Source: Elusimicrobiota bacterium
GTDB taxonomy: Bacteria > Elusimicrobiota > Elusimicrobia > UBA1565 > UBA9628
Length of the DNA: 44,665 nucleotides
Assembly: GCA_016204945.1 (NCBI GenBank)
Contig: JACQJQ010000208.1
Span: 1 to 44,665, forward strand
Direction of reading: 5' to 3'
The notes under the pieces are model-generated. The model searched no databases and was not told the origin of the DNA. It saw only the letters and a program-made list of their open reading frames with translations. Positions within the stretch are counted from its first letter, which is position 1; each line of letters opens with the position of its first letter. Shown here in pieces: positions 1 to 10,113 of the stretch. A program made the translations under genes and the position numbers.

Positions 1-303
1 CCGCCCTACATGGCGCCCGAGCAGGAGCAGGGGACCGTGCGCCGCGAGTCCGACGTGTACGCCCTGGGCGTCTGCCTCTACGAAATGCTGACCGGCCGCC
101 TGCCTTTCGCGGGCGGGGGGGCGGCCATGCTCTTGGACAAGCTCAACGGAAAGCACGTCCCCCCGAGCCGGCGCAACACGGCCCTGCCGGCGGCCCTCGA
201 CGCGGTCATCGCCCGGGTTCTGTGCCCCGATCCGGAGAAGCGCTACCGCACGCCCTCCGAGTTGGTCGCCGCCTTGGACGCGGTCATCGCCCGGGGCGCG
301 TAG
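1..303 (+). CDS. Ser/Thr protein kinase, C-terminal part (gene starts before the window)
   Basis: Frame open from base 1: PPYMAPEQEQG..SDVYALGVCLYEMLTGRLPF..P..RY, i.e. Hanks kinase subdomains VIII-XI; strongly similar to the end of the next gene. Confidence 0.9.
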   Translation, partial: PPYMAPEQEQGTVRRESDVYALGVCLYEMLTGRLPFAGGGAAMLLDKLNGKHVPPSRRNTALPAALDAVIARVLCPDPEKRYRTPSELVAALDAVIARGA

Positions 304-360
304 GCGCGTTTTAAGCGGTATTTTGAGCCGTTAAAGCTTGGTAAAAACGCTTATCTCGCC

Positions 361-389
361 TTGACAGGACTTCGAGCCCCTTTTACACT
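361..389 (+). promoter_or_regulatory. sigma70-type promoter, leaderless configuration
   Basis: TTGACA (361-366), 17 bp spacer, TACACT (384-389), then 6 nt to ATG 396; no Shine-Dalgarno. Confidence 0.8.
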
Positions 390-395
390 CAAATC

Positions 396-2918
396 ATGAG
401 CCACAGACCCCCTTTCCTGGTTTTAGCCGTGTCCTTGCTGATTATTCCGGTCCTTTGCATTGGATCCGAACCGATTCATGTTCACCCAACCTCGGAAACC
501 GACGACAAATCGACGGCGTCCAGCGCAGATGTCGGGACGGCGGATCAAATCAAGGATGCGCAGCTTTTGGAGCGTTTTAACGTGGATTACCAGGAAAAGC
601 TGAGCGCCGCTCCGCCGCACATGAGAGGGGTAATCACGGAGATCTACAATCTGACCGTCGCCGATATCAGTGGCGACAAGACCCCTGGGTACCGAGCCAA
701 CCAAATAGAAGTTTTCGGCCGCCTGTTGGATATTCACATACGAGAGTACCAGGCGCTGCAGTCGCTGCGCGGGCAACATTTATCCCGAGCGGAGCTCGCG
801 GCGCGCCGGAAACAAATCCGGGCAGAGAGCAGTGAGGCCATGAGCAAGGTGCCGCCGGGACCCGTCATGGATTCTTTTCACAAGAACTATGTCGTGGCGG
901 TCAAGCACCAACGCGACAGGTATCGCGACCAATGGCAGGGCATGCCCAGCCTCCCGGATTCCGGGCACATCGGCGACATGCTCAAGAACGATCCCGGCAA
1001 CGCGGCCACCTGGACGCTGAGCGCGCAGTCGAGGCTCGGCGCCGGCGACCGCTCCGGCGGCCTGGCCGACCTCAACCGCGCGATCGCCAACGGCGGCACG
1101 GCCGACGCCTACGCCCTGCGCGGCGGCCTGCGCCTGGACGACAGGGATTTCGAGGGGGCCTATCAGGACGCGAAGAAGTCCCTCGAACTCAATCCCGGGG
1201 ACAAGGACGCGATGGGCCTGCTCAAGTCGGCGGAGGGGCGCGTCTCCCCGGAGTTCGCGGCCTCGCTCGCCGCCGGCGGCTCGGGCTCGTCCGCTGAGTC
1301 GGGCGCCTCGGGCGACGGGCGCCGCTCGGCGGGCGGGAGTCACGGCAGCGGTCTTCTTCCCTCGGGCATGACGACCGCGGCGGTCCTGGCCTCGGCGCAG
1401 AAGCTCGACGAGGCGCGGCGCGCCATGGCGCTGGGCGATTTCCAGACGGCCGTCGCCTTGGCCCAGCGGGCGCTCGAGCTCAACCCGGGCAACGCCGCGG
1501 CGCACAATCTCCTGGCGGTCCTCTACGCTCGCGCGGGCGACTACCGGAAGGCGATCGCGTCGGCGGATGCGGGCCTCGCCGTCGCGCCGCGCGACGCGAC
1601 CTTGCTCAACAGCAAGGCCTTCGCGGAGAATCGCTTCAAGCGCTACCGCGACGCGCTCGCCAGCGCCAACGCCGCCATCGAGGCCGGCCCGCGCAATCCG
1701 TACGCCTTCGCCAACCGCGCCTACGCCTTCGGCGGCCTGGGCGATCGGGAGTCGATGCTCGCGGACATCAACCGCGCGGCGGCCATGGATCCTCGCTTCC
1801 AGCAGGCGGCCGCGGACGCGGCGTCTCTGCAACTGCCCTCGAACGCGGACGTCCTGTTCCTGTTTCCCGGGGAGAATTCGGCGGGCCCGGCCTCCGATCC
1901 CGCGCGCGGCAGGCGCTTCGGGCTCGTGGTGGGGGCCGGAATCCTGGGCGGCCTGCTCTTGGGGCTCGGCCTGCTCTCGACCGTGCTGGCCCCGCTCAAG
2001 GACTCGGTGGTGTCGGCCTTCACCAAGGCGACGCGCGGCGGGCCGTCCGTCCGCGCCCTCGAGGAGCCGCCCGCCGCCTCGGCTTCCGCGGGCGTGATCC
2101 GGGGCCAGTACGAGATCCTTCGGCAGATCGGCGCGGGCGGCATGGGCATGGTCTACGAGGGCACCGACCGCTCGCTCGGCCGCCGCGTGGCGATCAAGAA
2201 GATGCGCGAGGAGCTGCGCGTCAACCCGCGGGAGCGCGAGCGCTTCGTCATCGAGGCCAAGACCGTGGCCTCCCTGCACCACGCGAACATCGTGGACATC
2301 TACGCGATCGCCGAGGAGGGCGACGACGTCTATCTCGTCTTCGAGTACGTCGACGGCAAGACCGTGCACGACCTGGTGCAGTCGCGGGGGCGGCTCGCGC
2401 CGGCGGAGGCGCTGCGCGTGGCGTCGGCCATCGGCGAGGCGCTCGCCTACGCCCACTCGCGCGGGGTGGTCCACCGCGACATGAAGCCCTCGAACGTGAT
2501 GCTGAACGGCGAGGGCCAGGTCAAGGTCATGGACTTCGGCATCGCGCGCATGGCCAAGGACGCGCTGACGCGCTACTCGATGACGAACACCGTCGTCGGC
2601 ACGCCGCCCTATATGGCGCCGGAGCAGGAGCAGGGCGTGGTGCGCAAGGAGTCGGACGTGTACTCGCTGGCGATCTGCGCCTATGAGATGCTCACGGGCA
2701 AGCTGCCGTTCATCGGCATCGGCGCGGGGATGCTCATGAACAAGATCAACATGAGCTACATACCGCCCTCGCGCGCGATCGCCGGCCTGCCCGAGGCGCT
2801 CGACGAGGTCTTTCTCAAGGCCTTCAAGGCCGACCCCGATCAGCGCTACCGCGCGCCACAGGAGTTCGTGGCGGCGTTCGGGGCGGCCCTGGGCGGCGCT
2901 CGGGCCAAGAGCGGTTGA
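396..2918 (+). CDS. Receptor-like Ser/Thr kinase: signal peptide, unknown N-domain, TPR repeats, one TM helix, C-terminal kinase
   Basis: Hydrophobic N-terminus; TPR-like repeats (ALELNPGNAAAHNLLA etc.); TM FGLVVGAGILGGLLLGLGLL; GAGGMG, VAIKK, HRDMKPSN, DFG and APE motifs. Confidence 0.9.
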   Translation: MSHRPPFLVLAVSLLIIPVLCIGSEPIHVHPTSETDDKSTASSADVGTADQIKDAQLLERFNVDYQEKLSAAPPHMRGVITEIYNLTVADISGDKTPGYRANQIEVFGRLLDIHIREYQALQSLRGQHLSRAELAARRKQIRAESSEAMSKVPPGPVMDSFHKNYVVAVKHQRDRYRDQWQGMPSLPDSGHIGDMLKNDPGNAATWTLSAQSRLGAGDRSGGLADLNRAIANGGTADAYALRGGLRLDDRDFEGAYQDAKKSLELNPGDKDAMGLLKSAEGRVSPEFAASLAAGGSGSSAESGASGDGRRSAGGSHGSGLLPSGMTTAAVLASAQKLDEARRAMALGDFQTAVALAQRALELNPGNAAAHNLLAVLYARAGDYRKAIASADAGLAVAPRDATLLNSKAFAENRFKRYRDALASANAAIEAGPRNPYAFANRAYAFGGLGDRESMLADINRAAAMDPRFQQAAADAASLQLPSNADVLFLFPGENSAGPASDPARGRRFGLVVGAGILGGLLLGLGLLSTVLAPLKDSVVSAFTKATRGGPSVRALEEPPAASASAGVIRGQYEILRQIGAGGMGMVYEGTDRSLGRRVAIKKMREELRVNPRERERFVIEAKTVASLHHANIVDIYAIAEEGDDVYLVFEYVDGKTVHDLVQSRGRLAPAEALRVASAIGEALAYAHSRGVVHRDMKPSNVMLNGEGQVKVMDFGIARMAKDALTRYSMTNTVVGTPPYMAPEQEQGVVRKESDVYSLAICAYEMLTGKLPFIGIGAGMLMNKINMSYIPPSRAIAGLPEALDEVFLKAFKADPDQRYRAPQEFVAAFGAALGGARAKSG

Positions 2919-2922
2919 CGAC

Positions 2923-3915
2923 GTGATGATCGGTCGATTTGTCCTCGCCGTCCTGCTGACCCTTGCCGCGGGCCGCGCCCGCTCGGAGGTTTCCGAGGAC
3001 GCCGAGCGGGGGCGCCGCGGGGTCGCCGGGACCATCGGCGGCGTCGCGGGCAGGCTCGCGTCCGGGGACGTTCCCGGCATCTACTCCGAGCGGGCGCCCG
3101 CGCAGGCGGCCGGCGGCGTCTACGCGGGCGGCGGGTCCGCCCTCGCTCCCGCGCCCGAGATTTCTGTTCCGATTCCCCAAGCCGCGCCGTCCGAGGTCCC
3201 GGTTCCGTTCGCGGAAGACGCGGACGGCCGGCGGAGACACGTCGATGCGATTCTCGGCCTCGTTCGGGGCAACGGCGCGAGCGCGGAGGCCGTCGCCAAC
3301 GCCAAGGCGGTGCTGGAGGGCATGCTGGGCCGCGCCGCTCCCGACGTCCTCCAACGCCTCGCCGGCAACCTGGCGACCGTGGATATCATCCCCAAAGACG
3401 GGAAATTGACCGACCTGCCGGCCTTCCGCTACCTCAAAGGCCGATACACCATGGACGCGCGGGCCTGGGATCAACTGCGCGGCATGGGCTGGACCACCCA
3501 CGACGTCAAGGGTTCCTGCGCTTTCGGGGAAGAGAACATGGTGGGAGGCGGAGGGAGGCAGTTCCCGCGCTATCACCTGCTTCTCCACGAGTTCGGCCAC
3601 ACGGTGCATCGCGGGGGCCTTGCTTATGCGAGCAGCGAGGACAAGGTCCTTGATCGGCTCGGCGTTCGGGGGATCAAGGCGCCGACGGTGGAGGACGTCA
3701 AGGCCGTCTATGTCGAGAGCATGAAGCGCGGGAGCAAGACGGCGCTCGGCGCCTACGCGGATTCCAACGAGGGGGAGATGTTCGCCCAGGGAACCGCGGC
3801 TTTTTTCGACCGGGGCCTGTTTGGCGAGGACGCGGAATTTCTCAGAAAGAAGAACGAGAGGCTCTACGAGCTTCTCCGGGCGATCTACGGCGCGCCGAAG
3901 AGCTTGAAGCCATGA
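2923..3915 (+). CDS. Secreted zinc metallopeptidase, anthrax-lethal-factor/PPEP-like zincin domain
   Basis: Signal peptide (..LAAGRARS), Ala/Pro linker, LTDLP..LKG..W..RG, GEEN, HEFGH, and downstream YA..N..EMFAQ third-ligand motif. Confidence 0.7.
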   Translation: MMIGRFVLAVLLTLAAGRARSEVSEDAERGRRGVAGTIGGVAGRLASGDVPGIYSERAPAQAAGGVYAGGGSALAPAPEISVPIPQAAPSEVPVPFAEDADGRRRHVDAILGLVRGNGASAEAVANAKAVLEGMLGRAAPDVLQRLAGNLATVDIIPKDGKLTDLPAFRYLKGRYTMDARAWDQLRGMGWTTHDVKGSCAFGEENMVGGGGRQFPRYHLLLHEFGHTVHRGGLAYASSEDKVLDRLGVRGIKAPTVEDVKAVYVESMKRGSKTALGAYADSNEGEMFAQGTAAFFDRGLFGEDAEFLRKKNERLYELLRAIYGAPKSLKP

Positions 3916-4235
3916 AGCCCTGGATGGGACTCGCCGTTCTCGTGTTTTTATCCGCCTGCTCCAAATCCGGAACCATGGAGCCCGGCTCGGCCTGGGACGT
4001 CTTCAAGGGCGACAAGAAGGTGCTCGTGATCAAAAATCAGCCGGGCCCCATTCTCAGCACCGCGATCCTGCCACCCGGGGCCGAGCCCGTTCGGCATCGC
4101 TTCATCACGGCCACGGCGGAGGACCCCTTCGAAGAGCACGTCCTGGGGGAACTGTTGGGACAATCCCGAGACTTCGCGCAGTTCGTTTCCCTCCTCGAGC
4201 GGAAAGGCTATCGCTTGGCAAGGCATGAGCCGTAG
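3912..4235 (+). CDS. Small lipoprotein, unknown function
   Basis: Lipobox LSAC after a hydrophobic stretch; ATGA overlap with the peptidase stop codon. Confidence 0.7.
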   Translation: MKPWMGLAVLVFLSACSKSGTMEPGSAWDVFKGDKKVLVIKNQPGPILSTAILPPGAEPVRHRFITATAEDPFEEHVLGELLGQSRDFAQFVSLLERKGYRLARHEP

Positions 4236-5982
4236 GTATTGCGCGCCGCTGCTCGCGCTCCTGGCCTTCGCCGCGTCCGCCAATGCCCGGGCGAAGAATC
4301 CGGACGTTTACACGCATTTGACGATCGCCGACGCCGACAGCCTGGATCCGGACTGGGCTTACGACAACCCCAGCAGCCTGGCGATCCAAAACATCTACGA
4401 CGCTCTCTTCGAGTTCGAAAAGGGCTCGACGGAAAGGCTGCTTCCGGTCATCGCCGCGCGGGTGCCGTCGCGGCGCAACGGGCTTCTCTCGGCCGACGGC
4501 CGCACCTACACCATCCCCATCCGCAAAGGCGTGAAATTCCATGACGGAACCCCGTTGACGGCCGAGGACGTCCGCTACTCCTTGCTGCGCTTCCTGCTCA
4601 CGGACCGCGTCGCGGGGCCGTCCGCGCTCCTGCTCGAGCCGCTGTTGGGCTATATTTCGACTCGAGACGGGAAGGGGGTTTTGAAGCCGAGCGCCTTCAA
4701 GGACGCGGAAAAAGCCGTTTCCGTCGATGGAGACAGCGTGGTCCTGCGCCTGCCCCGTCCGTTCGCGCCTTTGCCGGCGATTTTATGCTCCTACGCCCAG
4801 ATCGTGTCGAAATCGTGGGCGGTCAAACACGGCGCCTGGGATGGAAGCGAAGCGAGCTGGGCTAAATTCAACAATCCCGATAAGGGGGACACTCCGTTTC
4901 ATGCCGCGGCCAACGGCAGCGGGCCCTTCAAGCTCGAGCGCTGGGACCGCAAGACCAAGGAGCTGATCTTGACGCGCAACGCCGCTTATTGGAGGTCTCC
5001 GGCGAAGCTGCGCACCGTCGCGATCCGAGCCATCACCGAGTTCGGCACGCGCAAGCTCATGCTGGCGGCCGGCGACGCCGACAGCATCAACGCCGAGCGG
5101 CCGGCGCTGAGCCAGCTGCAGGGCCTTCCCGGCGTCGAGATCATCGACGATTTGCCCACGCTGGAGATGCGGCCGGTCGTGTTCTTCGCCTTCGTCATCA
5201 ATCCGACCGCCAATCCGTATGTCGGATCGGGCCGCCTGGACGGCGACGGCATTCCGGCGGACTTTTTCGCGGATAAGGATGTCCGCAAAGGCTTCGCCTA
5301 CGCTTTCGACTATAAGGGCTACATCCAGGACGTGTTTCGCGGCAAGGGAACCCAGGCCACCGGCTGCATTCCGGCGGCGCTTCCCGGTCACAACGCCAAG
5401 CAGGAGACTTACACGTACGATCTGAAAAAGGCGGAGGCGCACTTCCGCAAGGCCCGGGGAGGGCAGGTCTGGGAGAAGGGCTTTCGATTCTCGTTGGCGT
5501 ATCAATCCGGCAACATTCCCAGCCAGGCCTTGGGGCAGATTCTCAAGCGCAGCGTGGAGAAGCTCAATCCGAAGTTCCGCGTGGACTTGAGGCCGATGGA
5601 TTGGCCCGCGATGCTCGACGCCGCCAACGCGGGCAAGCTGCCGCTGTCCGTCATGGGCTGGGGCGCGGACTACCCCGATCCGCACAACTTCGCCTTCAAC
5701 TTCATGCATTCGAAAGGATCTTTTTCGTCCGTCCTGAAGTACGCCAATGCGAAGGCGGACGAGCTCGTCGAGGCCGCCGTGGCGGCGGCGAACATCGTCA
5801 AACGCAAGGAGCTCTACGCCCGGCTACAGGCGCTGGAGTTCGAGGATGTCCCGCACTTCGTGGTGGTCGATTCGGTCCGTTTCCGCGCGCAGCGCAGCTG
5901 GGTGAAAGGCTGGAAGTTCGGCCCGGTCGATCCGGACGCGCCCTACGGCGGTTTCTTCCGCGAGCTGTCGAAGACGGAGTAG
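4225..5982 (+). CDS. ABC transporter substrate-binding protein, family 5 (DppA/OppA-like)
   Basis: Signal peptide; SLDP, IYDAL, GVKFHDGTPLTAEDV.YS, GSGPFKL, WGADYPDP motifs. Confidence 0.92.
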   Translation: MSRRYCAPLLALLAFAASANARAKNPDVYTHLTIADADSLDPDWAYDNPSSLAIQNIYDALFEFEKGSTERLLPVIAARVPSRRNGLLSADGRTYTIPIRKGVKFHDGTPLTAEDVRYSLLRFLLTDRVAGPSALLLEPLLGYISTRDGKGVLKPSAFKDAEKAVSVDGDSVVLRLPRPFAPLPAILCSYAQIVSKSWAVKHGAWDGSEASWAKFNNPDKGDTPFHAAANGSGPFKLERWDRKTKELILTRNAAYWRSPAKLRTVAIRAITEFGTRKLMLAAGDADSINAERPALSQLQGLPGVEIIDDLPTLEMRPVVFFAFVINPTANPYVGSGRLDGDGIPADFFADKDVRKGFAYAFDYKGYIQDVFRGKGTQATGCIPAALPGHNAKQETYTYDLKKAEAHFRKARGGQVWEKGFRFSLAYQSGNIPSQALGQILKRSVEKLNPKFRVDLRPMDWPAMLDAANAGKLPLSVMGWGADYPDPHNFAFNFMHSKGSFSSVLKYANAKADELVEAAVAAANIVKRKELYARLQALEFEDVPHFVVVDSVRFRAQRSWVKGWKFGPVDPDAPYGGFFRELSKTE

Positions 5983-5985
5983 GCC

Positions 5986-6014
5986 TTGCTGCCGGCCCGG
6001 CGGCCTGTTATACT
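5986..6014 (+). promoter_or_regulatory. tmRNA promoter
   Basis: TTGCTG (5986-5991), 17 bp spacer, extended -10 TGtTATACT (6006-6014), 8 nt before the mature 5' end. Confidence 0.7.
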
Positions 6015-6022
6015 AGCTCGTC

Positions 6023-6379
6023 GGGGGTGATCTAGCTTCGACAAGCGTCGTTGAGCCGTCGGCCGCAGGCACGGGTTGGTCAGGGCCCGTTAAAAACCGG
6101 ACCAAACAACAACTGCCAACACTCAGTTGGCTTGGGCTACCGCCTAAACCGCGGTGAGCACACGCTGGTCCTTGACGCCTGCTAGAGGGTCGCCAGTGTA
6201 ATGAGCAGGATGCGGTCCTTCCCCGTTATTCCGTGGGCGGGGGGCCTAAGACCGAACGGAGTTAGCCCGGGGAGCACGCGTCCATCGGTTTTCCCCGGGC
6301 GAAACCAAGGATGGGCTAAGCCTGTAGTGGTCTCGGTCGGCGACGTTTGGACGCGGGTGCAAATCCCGCCACCTCCACC
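6023..6379 (+). ncRNA. ssrA: tmRNA (transfer-messenger RNA)
   Basis: 5' GGGGGTG pairs with 3' CACCTCC-A including the G3.U alanine identity pair; TTCGAC near the 5' end; T-arm GCGGG-TGCAAAT-CCCGC; tag frame 6115-6147 = ANTQLAWATA*; about 357 nt. Confidence 0.95.
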
Positions 6380-6385
6380 GTTTTA

Positions 6386-7698
6386 ATGGGCGACTCGCAT
6401 TCGAGAGCGGTGACTCTGCTTGGGTCGTACGGGCTCTTCGCGGGGCTGGCGCTGCTCGTCGTGGCCCGCCCCGAGCTCGGCCCCGGGGTCGTCTCCGCCT
6501 GCGGCCTGTGCCTGCTGTGGTCGGATTTGCGGCGGGACGGCGAATCCCCGATCGTCCTCACCTTCCTGGCCACCGTCGTCGCCGTCGTGCTGATGCTCCG
6601 CTCGGACGGCGCCCGCCCGCTTCTCGCGGCCGGCCTTGGCGGCCTCTGGCTCCTGGCCGGAGCGCAGGCCGCGCACCGCGGCCGGCAGTTCGCCGACGAG
6701 CGCGAGACCCTGCTCGAGCAGATGAACCTGCAGGACGGCATCCGCGACGACGAGCGCGACCTGAAGTACTACCGCTCGTACGAGGAGACGGTCGCCGTGG
6801 ACACGCGGCTGCGCCGCGACCTGTCCGACGCGGCCAAGAGCCTGTCGGGCACGCTCGACGGCCACGAGGTTCAGGCGCGCCTGATCACGATCCTATCCGA
6901 GCGCTTTCCGTCCGCGCGCGTGTCCGTCGTGGGCGGCGCGGGCGAGGACCCCCTGCTGCTCGCCGCCCAGCGCCGCCGCGGGCCCATCCTGATCAAGGAC
7001 GCGCGCGCGGAGGCGCAGATCGTTCCGGGCGCGCGCTTCGCCTCGGGGGTGGCGATCCCGCTCAAGGTGATGCGCGAGGCAGCGGGCTTCGTCAAGCTCG
7101 AGAGCGACGCGCCGGGCGCGTTCGGCCCCGACGAGGTCCGCGCCGCGGACCTGTTCGCGACGATGGCCTCGCTCTCGCTCGAGAACATCCGTCTCTACGA
7201 GAGCGTCCATCGCCAGGCGACGCACGACGCGCTGACCCAGCTGCACAGCCACCGCGCGTTCCAGCAGCGCCTGCAGGAGGAGGTGCTGCGCTCGGGCCGC
7301 AGCCAGACGCCGCTGGCCCTGATCATGCTCGACGTGGATCATTTCAAGCGCTACAACGACCAGTTCGGCCACCAGGCCGGCGACCAGCTTCTGCGCACTC
7401 TGTCCGCGATCCTGGCCTCGTTCGCGCGGCCGGTGGATTTCGCCGCGCGCTACGGAGGCGAGGAGTTCGCGCTGATCCTGCCCAATTTCGTGCGTTCGGA
7501 GGCCGTCCAGCTCGCGGAGCGCGTCCGCGCGCGCATCGCCGAGGAGCCCTTCGTCTTCAACGGAGCGCCGACGCGGGCGACGGCGAGCCTCGGCGTGGCG
7601 GCGTTCCCGACCGACGCGACCACGGCGTCCCAGATCGTGCGCGTGGCGGACGAGCGTCTGTACCGCGCCAAGCACGGCGGCCGCAACCAGGTCGTCGG

Positions 7699-7702
<4 letters not shown>
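6386..7702 (+). CDS. Membrane sensor diguanylate cyclase (TM-GAF-GGDEF)
   Basis: N-terminal TM helices, GAF-like segment, DALT, DVDHFKRYND, RPVD I-site, RYGGEEF. Start moved to ATG 6386 because 6347 lies inside tmRNA. Confidence 0.9.
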
Positions 7703-9003
<1,301 letters not shown>

Positions 9004-9016
9004 CCGGCGCGGGGCC

Positions 9017-9045
9017 TTGACGAATCCGCCCGGCGGACTGATAAT
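9017..9045 (+). promoter_or_regulatory. Promoter for the sppA operon
   Basis: TTGACG (9017-9022), 17 bp spacer, GATAAT (9040-9045); SD AAGGAG precedes ATG 9085. Confidence 0.6.
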
Positions 9046-9084
9046 ACCGGTGATGCCGCCGCCCCGCGCATCAAGGAGCCTCTC

Positions 9085-10113
9085 ATGGACCCGATTCCCG
9101 GCGCCGTTTCCGAGCCGCACGCGCCCGGCCCGCGCCGCGTCAAGCGCCGCCTGATCGCGGCGCTCGTCGTTTTGCACGCGGCGGCCGTCCTGGCGTCCGT
9201 TGTCCTGATCGTGCGATCCAAGGACGACGCCGCGAAAGGGGGGGGCGGCTCCGCGAAGAGCCTGCTCAACCTGGCGCCGAAGGACTCGGTCGGCTGGGTC
9301 TCGATCCGGGGGCCGATCCTGTCCTCGGAGCTGGGCAAGCCCTGGGAGCGCGGCGCCGAGCAGTGGGCGCGGCGCATCGAGCAGCTCGCCGAGACCAAGG
9401 GCGTCAAGGCGATCGTTCTCGACATCAACTCGCCCGGCGGCAGCGTCGGCGCGGTGCAGGAGATCTACGCGCGCATTCAGCGCGTGAAGAAGGAGAAGAA
9501 GATCCCCTTCGTCGCCTTGTTCGGCGACGTTTCGGCCTCCGGCGGCTACTACCTGGGCGCGGCCTGCGACAAGATCGTGGCGCATCCCGGGACCTTGACC
9601 GGCTCGATCGGCGTTATTTTCTCCGTGTCGAATCTGGAAGGCCTTTTCGCCAAGGTCGGCTACAAGGCCGACCCGATCAAGTCGGGCCGGCACAAGGACA
9701 TCGGCTCGCCGGCGCGGCCGATGACGCCCGAGGAGCGCAAAATCCTCCAGTCCCTCATCGACGACGCCTACGGCCAGTTCGTTCAGGCGGTGGCTGACGG
9801 CCGCAAGATGACGGTTGAGCAGGTCAAGCCGCTGGCCGACGGGCGCATTTACTCCGGCAATCAGGCGCTTGCGCTCAATCTTGTCGATCAACTCGGCGAT
9901 TCGGAGGACGCGACCAAGCTCGCGGCCCAGCTTGGCGGCATCAAGGACGAGAAGCCGCGGGTGCGCCGGGACGCGGAAAAGCTCAACGACATCTTCGAGC
10001 TGCTCGAGACGCGCGCGCGCCTGACCTTGGGTCTCGGCGCCGCGGGCGTGACCTTGAGCGCCGGCTCCGCGATCCCCCGCGGGCTGCTCTACGCCTGGTC
10101 CGGGGGCTGGTGA
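9085..10113 (+). CDS. sppA: Signal peptide peptidase SppA (S49, 36K type)
   Basis: N-terminal TM; INSPGG, SASGGYY, TLTGSIGV, KSG.HKD, ADGRIYSG motifs. Confidence 0.93.
   Translation: MDPIPGAVSEPHAPGPRRVKRRLIAALVVLHAAAVLASVVLIVRSKDDAAKGGGGSAKSLLNLAPKDSVGWVSIRGPILSSELGKPWERGAEQWARRIEQLAETKGVKAIVLDINSPGGSVGAVQEIYARIQRVKKEKKIPFVALFGDVSASGGYYLGAACDKIVAHPGTLTGSIGVIFSVSNLEGLFAKVGYKADPIKSGRHKDIGSPARPMTPEERKILQSLIDDAYGQFVQAVADGRKMTVEQVKPLADGRIYSGNQALALNLVDQLGDSEDATKLAAQLGGIKDEKPRVRRDAEKLNDIFELLETRARLTLGLGAAGVTLSAGSAIPRGLLYAWSGGW

Noticed and set aside
304-360. Weak inverted repeat GCGTTTT...AAAACGC between the kinase genes
   Set aside because: Short arms, long loop and no U-tract; more simply an AT-rich upstream promoter region.
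780-3080. Long antisense and alternate-frame ORFs (e.g. 780-3080-, 8629-10314-, 25496-27415+, 29257-31611-, 38604-40268-)
   Set aside because: Shadow ORFs typical of high-GC DNA: Arg/Ala/Gly/Pro-rich, motif-free, and overlapping well-supported genes.
6201-6386. 61-aa ORF and the 6347 start of the first GGDEF gene
   Set aside because: Both lie inside the tmRNA gene.
6360-6400. tmRNA 3' end as an attachment site for an integrated element
   Set aside because: No integrase follows, and I found no duplicate of the 3' end in the window.
6508-7698. 831-aa version of the second GGDEF protein
   Set aside because: The first ~400 codons are an off-frame shadow of the upstream gene; real coding begins at ATG 7699.
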